DNA of 64,000 bases, from positions 414,030 through 478,029 of the forward strand of contig NW_003314374.1 in NCBI RefSeq assembly GCF_000143415.4, in the 5' to 3' direction. Below, piece by piece: positions 62,050 through 64,000 of the stretch. The position numbers were made by a program, and so were the translations under genes. Under the pieces are notes generated by a model. That model saw only the letters and a list, made by a program, of their open reading frames with translations. It was not told the DNA's origin and did not search any database. This DNA is from Selaginella moellendorffii. Taxonomy: Eukaryota > Plantae > Lycopodiophyta. Every line of letters begins with the position of its first letter. Position 1 is the stretch's first letter.

Positions 62050-63882
62050 AAGCCCTAGTTTTTCAAAAGCAAGAGATTTTTAGAGCATAAAGAAGGAAAT
62101 CCATCAAAGTCAGTAAGGGGAGAAGATAACAAGTAGGAGAAACATGGGGCAGATTCTTCAGCATTTAGAACAAGCACAACAAGCAAGAAAAATAACAAGC
62201 TTTGCTGGTGAGGTAAGGCTGACACTTCTGCCTCCAGCCAGGGAAGGGGCTTATGGACACCACCACCACTATTGAGTAAAACTCTACAATCACAACCATG
62301 GAAACCATCGTTCATCAGTGCATGGACACCAACTCCATTACCCTAGGGAGGAAGTCTGGACCACCAACACCAAGCAGGACTTCAACCATCACCACCAACA
62401 ATGATTTCAAGGCCACCATCATTGGCTTCCACCACCTTTGTCTTCAACACCAACTAAGGAGAGAGGGCCAGCGTCTCATAACAATCTCAGGTATGTTCCT
62501 CCATTGTGGCTTGCTTGCTTTCACAATGGTACATACAAGACTTGGCATACACAACAACCACCAACTCCTCGGCTAGCAAGCTCCACTCCAGCAGGCCGCC
62601 ACCACTTGGGTCGAGCTCCTCTGCCTCAGCCATCACCACGTTCTGGAGCACACAGCAGCAGCAGCAATGGTCCAGTGGCAGAAAGCACACCACTGCCACC
62701 TTCTTAGTGTTCCTCAACACACAGTGGTGCACCAAAGCTGGTCGCTCTTCAGGCTTTCGAGACTCCAGCTATCCTAGGTATGTGTTCTTCTGCATTGTTG
62801 GACACCTCCTTTTACATAATTCTCGCAAGAGAGGTAAACATAGCCACCATCCTCCCCCATCGGGTAATCATCCAACACCACCACCACTTTCTGCACACAG
62901 TACCACCACCGCCAAATGTTGGTTGCCCTTCAAGCTTTCAATCCAATATATGTATTCCTCTGCATTGTTAAACACCTCCTTTTACATAATTCTCACAAGA
63001 GAGGTAAACACAGCCACCATCCTCCACCACTGGGTGATCATCCTCGGCCCTCTTAGCCTTCCTCACCACAAGGTGGCAGCCACGGTCTAGGATGCCATGC
63101 ACCACTGCCACACAGTGGTAGCAATGGTGCAACGCCACTGCCAAAAGCTGGTCAAGGTTTCACCTCCCAGCAGTTCCACGTATGTGTTCCTCTGCAATTC
63201 TGGCTACCTCCTTTACATTGGTCCTCGCAGGAGATCTCAACACGGCCACCATCATTCCACACCACCTCCTTCACCACTAGATGATCCATACAGTGTTAGC
63301 CATTGAACCCAAGGGAAAAGCACACCGGCTTGTTACCTCCTTGACATAATGTTTGTGAGCATTTTGGAGCTCCTCCATCTCAGCCACCACCTCTAGCTCA
63401 CAAGCATCATCACCATTCTCGTGATGATCTTGGAAGTGTCAAATGGCGTCCACATGGTGATCCTAGAACTTTTGACTAGCATCCACATGGTGATCTTGGA
63501 AGTGTTGATTGGCATCCACACAACGATCTTGGACATTTTAACTGGCATCCACACGGTGATACTAGAAGGGTCGATTGGAACCCTCACAATGATCCAGGAA
63601 TTCCTAGCAATCCCAACAGTCCCAGCAGCCAACAACCCCCTTCCAGCTCTTCAAGGTGCACACTTCTCTCTGGCAACAACAGGAGCAACAGCTTTGGTGT
63701 GGATCCCGTTTGTGGCCATTGTGCTCATCGTCCTTGCCCTTGTGGTCATGCTCCTCATCAAGTGGAGACACTCTCGACGACACCAAAGAAGGGACAAAGC
63801 TTTTCTTGTCTACAATGTTGTGACCGACATTGATAAGTATGGCAGAGCAGCAGTCTAGCAGTGATTCAAAGCTTTAAAATCA
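62050..63882 (+). repeat. Copy 2 of the ~1.8-kb duplication; ends in 33-bp repeats and a TM-helix-coding segment
   Basis: Shares METI(I/V)H start, internal repeats and 3' block with copy 1; ORF 63421-63858 has ALVWIPFVAIVLIVLALVVMLLI followed by KWRHSRR. Confidence 0.8.
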
Positions 63883-64000
63883 CTAATTGCGCATCATATC
63901 TGTATATCCGTTGCTGCTTGATGTTGACTGGAGATTTGTCCGGTGCGCGCTTTTCTGCTGCTGCTGAAATTGAGCTTTGGCTATAAAACATAACACAGAA

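Overview
Eukaryotic land-plant nuclear DNA. The very short introns (about 50-60 bp), tiny intergenic spacers, a PLS-class PPR gene and chromoviruses suggest a lycophyte such as Selaginella; this is inference, not a search result. About 1-34 kb is a nested transposon cluster. A non-autonomous LTR element (154-7661, TSD GTGCA) sits in an LTR of a second family, which itself cuts a Cassandra-like 5S-bearing TRIM (7815-8362). A decayed Ty3/gypsy chromovirus (8949-28541, TSD ATTAA) has its gag split by a 12.4-kb TIR DNA transposon (14556-26999, 4-bp TSD CCAT). Degenerate LTR/gag fragments and a second TRIM (33039-33805) follow. About 34.4-58.8 kb is a dense block of 12 host genes, and 59-64 kb is a decayed tandem duplication. 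The most unusual feature is the 12.4-kb element. It encodes a Sola-like DDD transposase and, divergently, a large multi-exon gene with a ParB-like domain, a degenerate N6/N4-methyltransferase-like region and an FCP1/NIF phosphatase-like domain. It also carries about 20 copies of a 22-bp palindrome (ATGGCRTGWGGCCWCAYGCCAT), many inside its own short introns. All domain calls are from motif recognition by eye, and exon boundaries are approximate.
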